The position numbers and the translations under genes were made by a program. 64,000 bases of DNA from Candidatus Marinacidobacterales bacterium (lineage in GTDB: Bacteria; Acidobacteriota; Vicinamibacteria; Marinacidobacterales; SMYC01), in NCBI GenBank assembly GCA_965237955.1, contig OZ250169.1:4000001-4064000 (forward strand), in the 5' to 3' direction. Under the pieces are notes generated by a model. It saw only the letters and a program-made list of their open reading frames with translations. It was not told where the DNA came from and searched no databases. Positions 20,813 through 30,669 of the stretch are shown one piece after another; the stretch's first letter is position 1; every line of letters begins with the position of its first letter.

Positions 20813-22528
20813 GCCTCTCCTGCCATTTCAGTGGATCCTCTCGAGGGTGAGACCGCCACAGTTTAGGTAGACGAGACTGATGAGAGCTTCGGCAGAGTGG
20901 AGTCCAAAGCTGCGGTGGCTCAGCAGCCGGATTTTGTTGTTCATTCCTTCGAGTCGGCCGTTGCTGAGTCTCCACGTGACCCACGCGATGACGCCATCGA
21001 AGTGGCTGCTCATCTTCGCCGCGCGTTTGACGGGCTCTATCCTCGAGCTCATAGCGCGCCGCAGCCATCCTCGGAGAAACTTCTTGGCCCATGTCTCGGT
21101 TTTGTAGGTGTAGAGGTCCATGAAGTTGTCGCGCAGAAGCATGGCGCGGTAGAGGCGACGATTAGCTCGCACCTGCTCGCGGAGCACCCGTTTGTCTTTC
21201 GCGCTGCGGTTGTGTTTGGCCTTGAGAAGGGGAAACTTGGTGTTCTTGAGGTTGCGCCGGGCAGTCCCTTTGAGCTCGCGCACCAGCTCGCGCCGGGTCT
21301 TATCCACGGCCTCGTTCAGATGCTTGACGATGTGGAAGCGGTCAAAGATCACCCGTGCCTGAGGAGCCTTTTTGCCGACGACAGTTATGTACGGCTCCCA
21401 CATGTCCATGCTGACCGCTTCGAGCTCCGCGGCTCTTTGTGGTCCGAGCTTGCGGAAAAACCGCAGCAGCGTCTTGGCCTTGCGCTCCTTTCCCGCCCAG
21501 ACGACCCGGCCGCTGAGATGGTCTATTACCACTGTTAAGTACTTGTGGCGTTTGCGGTAGCTGATCTCGTCCATCCCAATCACCCGCAATCCATCGAGCT
21601 CGCGCCGCTCATCCCGCTGCTCGGCAACCACTCGCTGGATGATCCGTCGCACCGAACGCCACGTCACTCGGAAATAGTTCGCTACGGCGCTGACGTCCGT
21701 CCTCTGTGCCAGCCACGCTACCTCTTGTTCGAAGCTTTTGGTAAAGCGGCTTCCCTTGTCGGCCCAAGGCACCTTTTCTCTGACCACTCCACACCGCCGA
21801 CATACCACTCGTCGGATCGAGTAGCGAAGATAGGTCCGGACTCCGAACAGGTCCAAGTGCCGCCAGTAGCGATTGTAGCGATCTTTGTTCTTGCGGACCT
21901 TTCGTCCGCAAATCCCGCACAGAGGCTTCCTCCTCCGTGGTACTACATCCACCACCACTCTGGCTTTGTCCGCCTGGAAGTGGAAACCTCGGACCCACAG
22001 GCCTTGCAATCCGATGAGCTTGTTGACTAACGTAGTAACGCGCATCGCGGGAACGCTCTTTTCTCTTTCGGAAAAAAAGATTCTAGCGTTCTCGCCGATG
22101 CGCATCTACACATGGCTTACCCTCTCAACCCACGGGCCTCACCAAATGCCACTGCCCCTCAGCGGGAGACAAGGCTGTGGGAAACGCCCCCACGGTTCTG
22201 GTCGTTCAGACCTTGCTCACGACTGAGTTCTCTTCGAAGCCTGGAAGGGCGTTTTCCATAGCCTCCACTAATCGAGCCCCCCCTTCCTTATTCCATATGA
22301 ATTAATCTTTCTTGTATATATATCAGGAGGGGCCTGTGGGCGCTCGTGGGAAACGCGAAGCGTTTCCCAAGCGATTGTGGAAAACGCCGCTCCACGTTTG
22401 TACGTGCTCACAACCTTTCCCTAAACGCCTCTCTCGCCCGGAGTTTCCGGCGTTTTCCACAATCGCGGCAGCGTCCATAGGCCATGCCCTCCAACACAAA
22501 TCAGATCCCCCGAAACGACAGGAGAACC
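20813..22528 (-). mobile_element. ISL3-family element
   Basis: Imperfect IRs GCCTCTCCTGCCATTTCAGTGGATC / GGTTCTCCTGTCGTTTCGGGGGATC. 8-bp TSD GTTTTTAA at 20805-20812 and 22529-22536. Confidence 0.93.
20828..22045 (-). CDS. ISL3-family transposase
   Basis: CGICG and CRRCG zinc finger, IGMDE, SMDMW, DRFHIV and SNGRLEGMNNKI motifs. Confidence 0.93.
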   Translation of the reverse strand: MRVTTLVNKLIGLQGLWVRGFHFQADKARVVVDVVPRRRKPLCGICGRKVRKNKDRYNRYWRHLDLFGVRTYLRYSIRRVVCRRCGVVREKVPWADKGSRFTKSFEQEVAWLAQRTDVSAVANYFRVTWRSVRRIIQRVVAEQRDERRELDGLRVIGMDEISYRKRHKYLTVVIDHLSGRVVWAGKERKAKTLLRFFRKLGPQRAAELEAVSMDMWEPYITVVGKKAPQARVIFDRFHIVKHLNEAVDKTRRELVRELKGTARRNLKNTKFPLLKAKHNRSAKDKRVLREQVRANRRLYRAMLLRDNFMDLYTYKTETWAKKFLRGWLRRAMSSRIEPVKRAAKMSSHFDGVIAWVTWRLSNGRLEGMNNKIRLLSHRSFGLHSAEALISLVYLNCGGLTLERIH

Positions 22529-22719
22529 GTTTTTAATTCATCCTGGGAATCTCTGGAACAATACAAGTGTCCAGAGTGGTTCCGCGATGCGAAATTCGGG
22601 ATTCAGTCACAATGGAGTGGTTACGTAGTGCCTGAAACCGGCGATTGGTATGCCCGCAATATGTATATCCAGGGAAGCAGGCAGTACAAATACCATCTGG
22701 AGAATTACGGACACCCGTC

Positions 22720-24164
22720 GGAGGTGCCCCCACCATAGTTGAAGGTTCGAGGTGGTGGCGGCTCCTGACACATGGTTTACCCGACTTTGGCGTGCTTGTC
22801 GAGCGCTTGATTCTCAGTGACCTCCGCTAACTTCGCTTCGAGGATCGGTAGCGATTGGTATCCAATGATACGACGGAAATTTTTCTCCGTGGCGAGCAGA
22901 GCCGAAGCGGCCCATCTCAGAACCATCTTGCCATTGCGCCAGCGGGTGACGCGACGGGTACGACCTCGCGCACCGCTGAAGCACGACTCGATGATGTTCG
23001 TCGATCCAAGGCAGCGTTTCAGAGATGCGGGGAGGTCGAGCTCGTTGATGGTGAACATCTCGTCGAGCCCCTCCCGGATGCTCTCCGCCGCCGAGGGGTA
23101 GTCGTCCTCGAGCCACTTCGCCTGTTGCTCCAACCGCGCTTTGCCCTTCTTTGCTGGGAGCTGCCAGGCCGAACGCAGGCTCGCTTGCACTTGCGGCTTC
23201 AGCTCCTGCGGCAGATAACCGAGCACATTGCGCTCCTTGTGCTTCCTGCAACGCTGGACCTTGTTGTGGGTACCGAACACAGCGTCGACGGCGACCCGTA
23301 GCGCCTTGGAGCCATCGATCACGAACAGCCGACACCGCTCTGGGCTCAGGCCTCGTTCGACCAGGTCCTCCAGCAGCGCCTTGCACACTATCTGGTTCTC
23401 CGATGCTCCATCCCGAAGCCCCAGAACATGCTTGTATCCCTCTGTATCTACGCCGATTGCCGCCAGCGCGTGGTGCTCGCCGAAGCGAATCCCGTCCAGG
23501 TACACGACCGCGATCTCCAGCTCGTCCAGCGGACGCTCCATCAGCCCCTGCAACTGCTCCGCGCTTGCTTCCACGAACTCACGGCTCACCTCGCTCTTGC
23601 TAACCCCTACCGTCTCCGCCATCTCGGGAAGAACCGACGCGTACTTGCGCGTCGACACACCCAGCATCAGGATTTCCCAGATGCGTTGGCTCAGCCGAGA
23701 CGAGTTGTTCACCGCTTCGTAGGCAGGAATCGCAACCTCCCCTCCCTCTGCCTTTCCCTTACGCCGCAGACGTGGCCGGCTCACTCTCAACTTCCGCTCC
23801 GCAAGGCTTACTACGCCACCCTGCCGGCCGTGCCAGCGAACATCGCTACCCTTCTTCCCCGGGTGTTTCTCCCCAGCCACACTTTTGGCTGACAGATCCA
23901 AGACCGCTTCGATCGTCGCTCGGCCAGCAACGTCGATCACTTCGTCGATCGCTATCTCGGTTCGCTCAATCGCATCCAAGAACGGCAACAGAGCTTGCCC
24001 CTTCGAGCTCAGTATCTCTCGAAGCTTCTTCCTGTTCTTCGCATCGATGATTTGGTAATTTGACATCGTGGTGGCTCCTTTCTTTTTCCTTCACAGCCGG
24101 ATTCTATCGAACCCGGCCTTAGGAGCCGCCACTCCTAACCTTCAACTATCTCAGGGGCATCTCC
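22720..24164 (-). mobile_element. IS256-family element
   Basis: IRs GGAGGTGCCCCCACCATAGTTGAAGGTT / GGAGATGCCCCTGAGATAGTTGAAGGTT. 8-bp TSD CACCCGTC at 22712-22719 and 24165-24172. Confidence 0.94.
22777..24066 (-). CDS. IS256-family (Mutator-like) transposase
   Basis: GVSTRK, YLDG, GYKHVLG, IDGSKAL, QRCxxH and STNIIES motifs. Confidence 0.94.
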   Translation of the reverse strand: MSNYQIIDAKNRKKLREILSSKGQALLPFLDAIERTEIAIDEVIDVAGRATIEAVLDLSAKSVAGEKHPGKKGSDVRWHGRQGGVVSLAERKLRVSRPRLRRKGKAEGGEVAIPAYEAVNNSSRLSQRIWEILMLGVSTRKYASVLPEMAETVGVSKSEVSREFVEASAEQLQGLMERPLDELEIAVVYLDGIRFGEHHALAAIGVDTEGYKHVLGLRDGASENQIVCKALLEDLVERGLSPERCRLFVIDGSKALRVAVDAVFGTHNKVQRCRKHKERNVLGYLPQELKPQVQASLRSAWQLPAKKGKARLEQQAKWLEDDYPSAAESIREGLDEMFTINELDLPASLKRCLGSTNIIESCFSGARGRTRRVTRWRNGKMVLRWAASALLATEKNFRRIIGYQSLPILEAKLAEVTENQALDKHAKVG

Positions 24165-24293
24165 CACCCGTCCAAATTCGGATATAAGGATGTCATAGAG
24201 CTTTGGAAGGCCGATAAGTTTCATCCCGACAGCCTGGTAGCCCTCTTTAAAGAGGCCGGGGCAAAATACATTGTGTCATTAGCCGCACACCAC

Positions 24294-25380
24294 TGCCTTG
24301 GTGCACAACTCGCGATCTCGGTCCACAATTGTCCTTTACTCACGGATTCGAGGTTCCCCATGAGCATTTTCAAACGCACTCAGCGGAAGTATGTGAAGAA
24401 GGCCTATCGCGTGAGGAATTGGCGTGAATATGAGGCGGGTCTACGCAACCGTGGGAGCCTGACCGTCTGGATCTCGCTCACCGCCGGCAAGCTTGTGAAC
24501 TGGGACGCGCCCCGGCCGAGGAGGAGGAAACCGGGCCGTCAACGCAAGTACTCGAACCACGCCATCGAGACGGCTGTCACCCTGGGCATGGTGTTTCATC
24601 TGTCATCTAGGCAGAGCGAGGGATTGCTGCGATCGTTGTTCGCTCTGATGAAGCTAGACAATGATGTGCCCGATCACACCACGATCTCGAGGCGCAAGGC
24701 GAAGCTGGGTAAGGTCCCCTTCTACCAAGACAAGCAGAAGACGCCGTTGCACATCTTGATCGACAGCAGCGGTCTCGCTGTCCACGCCGGCCAGCTGCGC
24801 AGAGCACCAAAGAGCAGGGACTATCGCAAGCTCCATCTGTGTGTCGACGAGCAGAGTGGCGAAGTCGTCGCCGGCGAGCTGACGAGCAAAAGAGCCCGCG
24901 ATTCATCGCGGGTTGCATCGCTTGTCGGACAGATCGACAGTCCCATCTCATCGGCCAGAGCTGACACCGCATACGACGCCGGCGGCGTCTATGAGGCAAT
25001 CGAGAATCACAGCGCTCATTGCTCGCCGAGGGTGCTGATACCGCCGCGCAAGGGCGCCCAGCTCGCATCGGGGCCGGCGAGCAGCCGACAGCGCAATCGC
25101 AACATTGCAGCACAAGCTCGGCTCGGCAAACGAAAGTGGCACACAGAATCGGGCTACAGCAAACGGAGCAAAGTCGAGACAACGTTCCATCGCTACAAGG
25201 CTATCGTGGGCTCAGCGATGCGAGCGAGAGGGTTGGCGGCACAGAGAGTCGAGGCAAGGATCGGGTGCAAGATTCTCAACACCATGACGGCGCTCGGGAT
25301 GCCTGATAGCGAGATGATCGGATGATGGGAGTCGGGGCCAAGCGAGCTCTCGGCCTCTATCGGAGTTGTGCACCAAGGCA
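24294..25380 (+). mobile_element. IS5-family (IS903 group) element, full copy 4
   Basis: Same terminal IRs, 1087 bp. No target duplication; the two flanks belong to unrelated genes. Confidence 0.95.
24360..25325 (+). CDS. IS5-family DDE transposase
   Basis: 321-aa protein matching the other copies. Confidence 0.95.
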   Translation: MSIFKRTQRKYVKKAYRVRNWREYEAGLRNRGSLTVWISLTAGKLVNWDAPRPRRRKPGRQRKYSNHAIETAVTLGMVFHLSSRQSEGLLRSLFALMKLDNDVPDHTTISRRKAKLGKVPFYQDKQKTPLHILIDSSGLAVHAGQLRRAPKSRDYRKLHLCVDEQSGEVVAGELTSKRARDSSRVASLVGQIDSPISSARADTAYDAGGVYEAIENHSAHCSPRVLIPPRKGAQLASGPASSRQRNRNIAAQARLGKRKWHTESGYSKRSKVETTFHRYKAIVGSAMRARGLAAQRVEARIGCKILNTMTALGMPDSEMIG

Positions 25381-25492
25381 CCTCATTTGAAGTACTTCTT
25401 CAGAACTCGTCTCTCTTCGGGCGTCAACGTCTGGCTCCACACGAGCTCGCCTCCCTCTCCCGTGGCCGGCCTTCTCGCAACCAACGAGCCTC

Positions 25493-26371
25493 GTGCCCGA
25501 GCTCGACGAGACCTACTCTTTCGACCATGACACCACGTTCGCGATTCTCGCCGGCTTCGCGTACAACCGCCGCGTTCTCATCCAGGGCTACCATGGCACA
25601 GGCAAATCGACGCACATCGAGCAAGTCGCCGCACGTCTGAACTGGCCGTGCGTCCGCGTCAACCTCGACAGCCACATCAGCCGCATCGACCTCGTCGGGC
25701 GAGACGCCATCGTCATCCAGGACGGACGGCAAGTCACGGAATTTCGTCAGGGGATGCTCCCCCGCGCACTTCAATCTCCGACCGCGCTCGTCTTCGACGA
25801 GTACGATGCCGGGCGGCCCGATGTGATGTTCGTGATCCAGCGAGTGCTCGAGGTGCGCGGCAAGCTGACGCTTCTGGACGAGAACAAAGTCATCTGGCCC
25901 CACCCGGCGTTCCGCCTGTTCGCGACGTCGAACACCGTCGGCCTCGGCGACACCACCGGACTCTATCCAGGAACCCTTCAGCTCAACCAGGGTCAGCTCG
26001 ATCGGTGGAACGTAGTGGTGACGCTCAACTACATCGAGCCGGACGTCGAGTCCCAGGTCGTGATCGCGAAAGTTCCCGTCTACGACAACGAGCCCGGAAG
26101 GAAAATCGTACAGCAAATGGTATCGCTCGCGGCGTTGACCCGAGAGGGATTCGCGGCGGGCGACTTGTCCACGGTCATGTCTCCCCGGACGGTGATCACC
26201 TGGGCGGAGAACACGGTGATCTTCGACGACGACATCGCCTTCGCTTTCCGCGTAACCTTTCTCAACAAGTGCGACGAGTCCGAGCGCTCTATCGTAGCCG
26301 AGTACTACCAGAGAGTGTTCGGCGCCGAGCTTCCCGAATCCGCAGCCACTCCCCGAGACCCGACTGCCTAA
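25493..26371 (+). CDS. cobS: CobS-type AAA+ ATPase (cobaltochelatase subunit CobS family); N-terminus probably damaged
   Basis: [54 protein letters not shown] and [12 protein letters not shown]. Confidence 0.9.
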   Translation: MPELDETYSFDHDTTFAILAGFAYNRRVLIQGYHGTGKSTHIEQVAARLNWPCVRVNLDSHISRIDLVGRDAIVIQDGRQVTEFRQGMLPRALQSPTALVFDEYDAGRPDVMFVIQRVLEVRGKLTLLDENKVIWPHPAFRLFATSNTVGLGDTTGLYPGTLQLNQGQLDRWNVVVTLNYIEPDVESQVVIAKVPVYDNEPGRKIVQQMVSLAALTREGFAAGDLSTVMSPRTVITWAENTVIFDDDIAFAFRVTFLNKCDESERSIVAEYYQRVFGAELPESAATPRDPTA

Positions 26372-26375
26372 ACCG

Positions 26376-28073
26376 ATGGCGCCTAGATCGATGGGACCTA
26401 GATCGATGGGAGAAGACACGTTCCGACGCGCGGTCGCGGCGGCGGCACGCGCTTTGGCGCGGGAACAGAATCTGAAGCTCAACCTTCCCCCGGCAACGCC
26501 TGCCGACCCCACGCAAGTCGCGCGGGTCCGCGGAGCCGCGGACGCGACGGCGATGAAGGAACGCTTCCACGATCCCGACACCCACGCGCGCACGTTGCCC
26601 GCGTTCGAGCCCGCACGCTCCATTCTCGAAGCGGCGGAGCAGGCGCGCGTCGAAGCACTCGGCGGAAGCGAGTACGACGGCGTCCGCGTCAACTTGGACA
26701 CCGAGCTGACGTTGCGCTACCGTGCGCTCGGGCTCGAGAACATTCGTGAGCGCGACCAGGCGCCACTCGCCGATGTCGTACGCCTCATGGTGCGCGAGTG
26801 GCTCACCGGCACGCCGCCGCCGCCGTCGACTCTGGTGATGATCGAGCTGTGGCGTCCGTGGTTCAACCAGCACGCGAGAAGCGAGCTCATGGAGATGACC
26901 CGCCAGGTCAGAGACCAGGAGGCGTTTGCGGATCAGGCATTGAAGCTCATCGCGCGCCTTCCCGAGTCTCGACTGGCGACGCCGCCCAAGGTCGATCCCA
27001 CCCCGCACGATCCCGAGCGCGGGCAGGACTACTTCAAAGAAGGCGACCCCATGGACGCCGATACGCTCGTTCACCATCCCAAGCGTCGCTGGGAAACGCG
27101 ACCGAAGCTCAGCCTGCCCGATGCCGAAGCTCTCGAAGCCGAGAGCGCTCGCTATCGAGTGTTCACGCGCGAGTTCGACGAGATCATCGACGCTCACCGC
27201 TTGACGACGCCCGAGGATCTGCTTCGTCTCCGCCGCAAGCTCGACGCTCTGCTTCGCAAGCTCGGCGGCGGGATAGCTCATCTCGCCCACCGGCTGCAAC
27301 GTCAACTGCTCGCGCGGCAGACTCGTTCGTGGGCGTTCGACCAGGAAGAAGGCATCCTCGACTCCGGCCGGCTGGCGCGCATCGTCGCCAGCCCGCATCG
27401 GCCGTTGTCGTTCAAACGCGAGCGGCAATCCGAGTTCCCCGACACGGTCGTCACCCTTCTCGTCGATAATTCGGGCTCGATGCGCGGTGTCCCGATTACG
27501 ACCGCCGCGCTTTGTACCGACATCCTCGCGCAGACGCTCGAGCGTTGCGGCGTGAAAGTCGAGATCCTCGGCTTTACGACGAAAGTGTGGAAAGGGGGCG
27601 ACTCCCGCAAGAAGTGGACCGAGCTCGGAAAGCCGGCGAATCCAGGACGGCTGAACGACCTGCGGCACATCATCTATAAATCGGCGTCGGTTCCGTGGAG
27701 GCGCGCACGCCGTCGACTGGGCGTGATGCTGCACCCGGACCTGCTCAGAGAGAACATCGACGGCGAAGCGCTCCTGTGGGCGCACGCGCGCCTCGTTGCT
27801 CGAGCGGAAGCCCGGCGGATCCTGATGGTCATCTCCGACGGCGCGCCCATCGACGACAGCACGATCTCGGCAAACGATCGGGCCTTCCTCGACGACCATC
27901 TCCGGACAGTGATCTCGGCGCTCGAGGCGTATTCGCCCATCGAGCTCGTCGCCATCGGCATCGGCCACGACGTGACTCGCTACTACCGCCGCTCCATCAC
28001 CATTGCCAGCCCCGAAGATCTGGGCGCGGCCATGGTCGAGCAGCTCGAAGAGCTATTTCTCCGCCGAAGTTGA
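26376..28073 (+). CDS. cobT: CobT-type VWA protein (cobaltochelatase subunit CobT family)
   Basis: [46 protein letters not shown] and ISDGAP motifs. Confidence 0.88.
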   Translation: MAPRSMGPRSMGEDTFRRAVAAAARALAREQNLKLNLPPATPADPTQVARVRGAADATAMKERFHDPDTHARTLPAFEPARSILEAAEQARVEALGGSEYDGVRVNLDTELTLRYRALGLENIRERDQAPLADVVRLMVREWLTGTPPPPSTLVMIELWRPWFNQHARSELMEMTRQVRDQEAFADQALKLIARLPESRLATPPKVDPTPHDPERGQDYFKEGDPMDADTLVHHPKRRWETRPKLSLPDAEALEAESARYRVFTREFDEIIDAHRLTTPEDLLRLRRKLDALLRKLGGGIAHLAHRLQRQLLARQTRSWAFDQEEGILDSGRLARIVASPHRPLSFKRERQSEFPDTVVTLLVDNSGSMRGVPITTAALCTDILAQTLERCGVKVEILGFTTKVWKGGDSRKKWTELGKPANPGRLNDLRHIIYKSASVPWRRARRRLGVMLHPDLLRENIDGEALLWAHARLVARAEARRILMVISDGAPIDDSTISANDRAFLDDHLRTVISALEAYSPIELVAIGIGHDVTRYYRRSITIASPEDLGAAMVEQLEELFLRRS

Positions 28074-28136
28074 CCCAGGGTTGACAACGCCCGGCCCCGC
28101 TCATATGTTGCGGTTCTGCGGCAAGGAGGGGCACCC

Positions 28137-28637
28137 ATGTCAGAGTATGTCACCGAATTCGGTTCGCTCAACGACTTCAAGAAGGGTGGCGTCGAGATCA
28201 TCGACGACGATCCCAAAAACTACGTCTTCTCGAACGTCTTCGAAGTCGCCCGTGCCAGCGCACCCTACGAGCGTGTCGCGGTGGGCAAGAACTTCGAGTA
28301 CGTCATCGAAGCGGTTCGCGCCGAGGGGACGTCGCCATGGTACACGGCGGCGCACGACGAGTTCGCCCTCTGCATGGACGGCACCATCAACGTACACCTG
28401 GTGAAGCTGGACGATCCGAGCATAATAGGGCGCGAGACCGAAGGCGCCATTCGCCTGCCCTTCGATCCAAAAGGCCCAAAAATGGGGCGCATTACCCTCG
28501 GGCGCGGCCATATGGCGCTTCTTCCCACCGGCGCGGCCTACCGTTTCCACGCGGACGCACCAAGCGTTGCCATCGTCCAAACCATGGAAGGCGACGTGAC
28601 CGTCCAAAAGTGGGCCGAGATCTGTCAGACCACATGA
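28137..28637 (+). CDS. hapC: Hydroquinone 1,2-dioxygenase small subunit (HapC/HqdA/PnpC1 type cupin)
   Basis: FGSLNDFKKG, YVFSNVFEVA, YVIEAVRAEG, AHDEFA, GHMALLP and KWAEIC are characteristic of this family. Confidence 0.85.
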   Translation: MSEYVTEFGSLNDFKKGGVEIIDDDPKNYVFSNVFEVARASAPYERVAVGKNFEYVIEAVRAEGTSPWYTAAHDEFALCMDGTINVHLVKLDDPSIIGRETEGAIRLPFDPKGPKMGRITLGRGHMALLPTGAAYRFHADAPSVAIVQTMEGDVTVQKWAEICQTT

Positions 28638-28647
28638 AGGTCATGCG

Positions 28648-29631
28648 ATGACGACCCAAGAGCACTACCACGTCAGCGACCGCGACAACTACTCCGGCTA
28701 CAAATCGTTCGAGGCCGGCTCCTTCGGCTTCACCCGTGATGAATACTTCGCGCACATCACCTGGCCCAAGGGATCGCACATCATGGCCATCGACGCGTTC
28801 TTGCGCGCCTTGATGCGCGACGTCGCCTGGGGATTCTTCTATGGCACCGTGAACTTCGACGCGGTTTTCGGCACCACCAACCGCTACGGCACCGTCGAGA
28901 TGTTCGCGGGCACCTACAACGAAACATACAAGAACGCCGGGTGCGACACCCTCGAGACGTTCCACTCCGAAGGGCTCTTGAAGATTTTCAAAGAGATGGT
29001 CTCCGATTGGACGAACGACGGCTACGATCCGTTCGCCGCGCCTGCCGAGACGGCGGTGCCGTGGGGGAAAAAGAATGGAAGCAAGGACGACGCAATAGGC
29101 CGACTTCGAGTGACGGCCAAGCGGATGGTCGGCGTTGCCGACGATGCTCCGCGGCGCTCGGACGCAAACGGCTACCCGGTCAACCGCATGTTCGCGGACG
29201 TTCCCCAGGACGAGCCCGTCGTCGAGGCCGAGCCCGGCTTCGAGAACGACGTCGCCGCGTTCAATCTCTACGCGTACTTGTCCCGCTCCGATGTCACTTG
29301 GAACCCATCCGTGTGCTCGGTCGTGCACGAAAGTCTCTTTTGTCCTACGTCGGAAGAGTTCATTTTGCCCGTCGAGCACGGAAACGATCGCGTGGAGTGG
29401 TTCGTCCAGCTCTCCGACGCGATTATTTGGGACGTCAAGGACAAGGAGACGGGCCGTGCCCGCGCGAAAGTCACCATGCGCGCCGGCGACGTGGCGGCGA
29501 TGCCCGCGGACATCCGGCATCAAGGCTACGCGCCCAAACGCTCCATGCTCCTCGTGTGGGAGAACGCATCACTGAAGATTCCCGAGCTGATCCAAAAGGG
29601 TGAGGCCCCAATCGTGCCCGTCAAGTTTTAG
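28648..29631 (+). CDS. hapD: Hydroquinone 1,2-dioxygenase large subunit (HapD/HqdB/PnpC2 type)
   Basis: FLRALMRDVAWGFFYG, SRSDVTWNPSV, metal-ligand HGNDRVEWF and MPADIRHQGY motifs. Confidence 0.88.
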   Translation: MTTQEHYHVSDRDNYSGYKSFEAGSFGFTRDEYFAHITWPKGSHIMAIDAFLRALMRDVAWGFFYGTVNFDAVFGTTNRYGTVEMFAGTYNETYKNAGCDTLETFHSEGLLKIFKEMVSDWTNDGYDPFAAPAETAVPWGKKNGSKDDAIGRLRVTAKRMVGVADDAPRRSDANGYPVNRMFADVPQDEPVVEAEPGFENDVAAFNLYAYLSRSDVTWNPSVCSVVHESLFCPTSEEFILPVEHGNDRVEWFVQLSDAIIWDVKDKETGRARAKVTMRAGDVAAMPADIRHQGYAPKRSMLLVWENASLKIPELIQKGEAPIVPVKF

Positions 29632-29649
29632 AGGACTCTATCCGCGCTG

Positions 29650-30657
29650 ATGGAGTTCGTTTACGAACCGATTGGAACGCGTGTGGTTTTCGGAAGCGGT
29701 ACCGCTTCGAAGATCCGCGCTGAGGTTGAACGGCTCGGCATCGAGCGTGCCTTTCTGATCACGAGGCGACGCGAACTCGCTTCCGATTGGGCGGCGGGTG
29801 TTTTCGAAGACGCGGCGATGCACGTGCCGACCGACGTTGCCGAGCGGGCGCGTCAGCAAGCCTCGCAACTAGGCGCAGACGGGCTCGTCGCTGTTGGCGG
29901 CGGCTCCACCATCGGTCTCGCGAAGGCAATCGCGCTCGAGACGTCCCTTCCCATCGTTGCGGCGCCCACCACGTACTCGGGCTCCGAGATGACATCGATA
30001 TGGGGACTGACGCGAGCCGGCAAGAAGACGACCGGCCGCGATCTCAAAGTCTTGGCCAAGACCGTGGTCTACGATCCCGAGTTGATCAAAACTCTGCCGC
30101 CGAACATCGCCTCCGTGAGCGGGATGAACGCCATCGCCCACGCGGTCGAAGCCCTCTACGCCGAGAACAGAAATCCAGTCGTGTCGTCCATGGCGGAAGA
30201 AGCGATCCGCTCTCTCGCTGCCGGCTTGCCCCAAAACGCTCACGCGCAGTGCCTCTACGGCGCATTCCTCGCGGGCGCCGCGCTCGGCTCCGTGGGGATG
30301 GCGCTTCACCACAAGCTTTGCCACGTGCTCGGCGGTAGCTTCGGTCTCCCGCACGCCGAGACGCATACCGTGATCCTGCCGCACGCGACGGCCTACAACC
30401 GTGATGCCGCCTCCGACGCGATGGCGCGGGTCGCGCGAGCGCTCGGAGCCGAGAGGGCACCCGAGGGACTCTTCGACTTGGCCCTCACGATCAGCGCACC
30501 CACTTCACTCGATGCACTCGGGATGAAAGAAACCGACCTCGACCGCGCGGCTGAGATTTCGACGGAGAACCCGTACTACAATCCGCGCCCAGTCACTCGT
30601 GAGGGCGTTCGCACCTTGCTCGACGACGCGTTTCACGGTCACCGGCCCCAGACATGA
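29650..30657 (+). CDS. Maleylacetate reductase (Fe-ADH fold)
   Basis: AMHVP, GGGSTIGLAKA, PTTYSGSE, MALHHKLCHVLGG and PYYNPRP motifs; fits the pathway context. Confidence 0.9.
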   Translation: MEFVYEPIGTRVVFGSGTASKIRAEVERLGIERAFLITRRRELASDWAAGVFEDAAMHVPTDVAERARQQASQLGADGLVAVGGGSTIGLAKAIALETSLPIVAAPTTYSGSEMTSIWGLTRAGKKTTGRDLKVLAKTVVYDPELIKTLPPNIASVSGMNAIAHAVEALYAENRNPVVSSMAEEAIRSLAAGLPQNAHAQCLYGAFLAGAALGSVGMALHHKLCHVLGGSFGLPHAETHTVILPHATAYNRDAASDAMARVARALGAERAPEGLFDLALTISAPTSLDALGMKETDLDRAAEISTENPYYNPRPVTREGVRTLLDDAFHGHRPQT

Positions 30658-30669
30658 GCATGACATAGC

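Larger units (their letters stand above)
20712..24293 (+). pseudogene. Alpha-L-fucosidase (GH29) lipoprotein gene in three pieces (20712-20812, 22537-22719, 24173-24293), truncated by IS5
   Basis: Removing ISL3 and IS256 with one TSD each restores MKTYK..LLSC..SWESL..PEWFRDAKFGI..WY..YGHPSKFGYKD..FKEAGAKY..HH in one frame. Confidence 0.9.

Noticed and set aside
13305-24293. Sulfatase, propeller glycosidase and fucosidase as one fucoidan utilisation locus
   Set aside because: They differ in orientation and composition, are separated by mobile elements, and lack a shared transporter or regulator.
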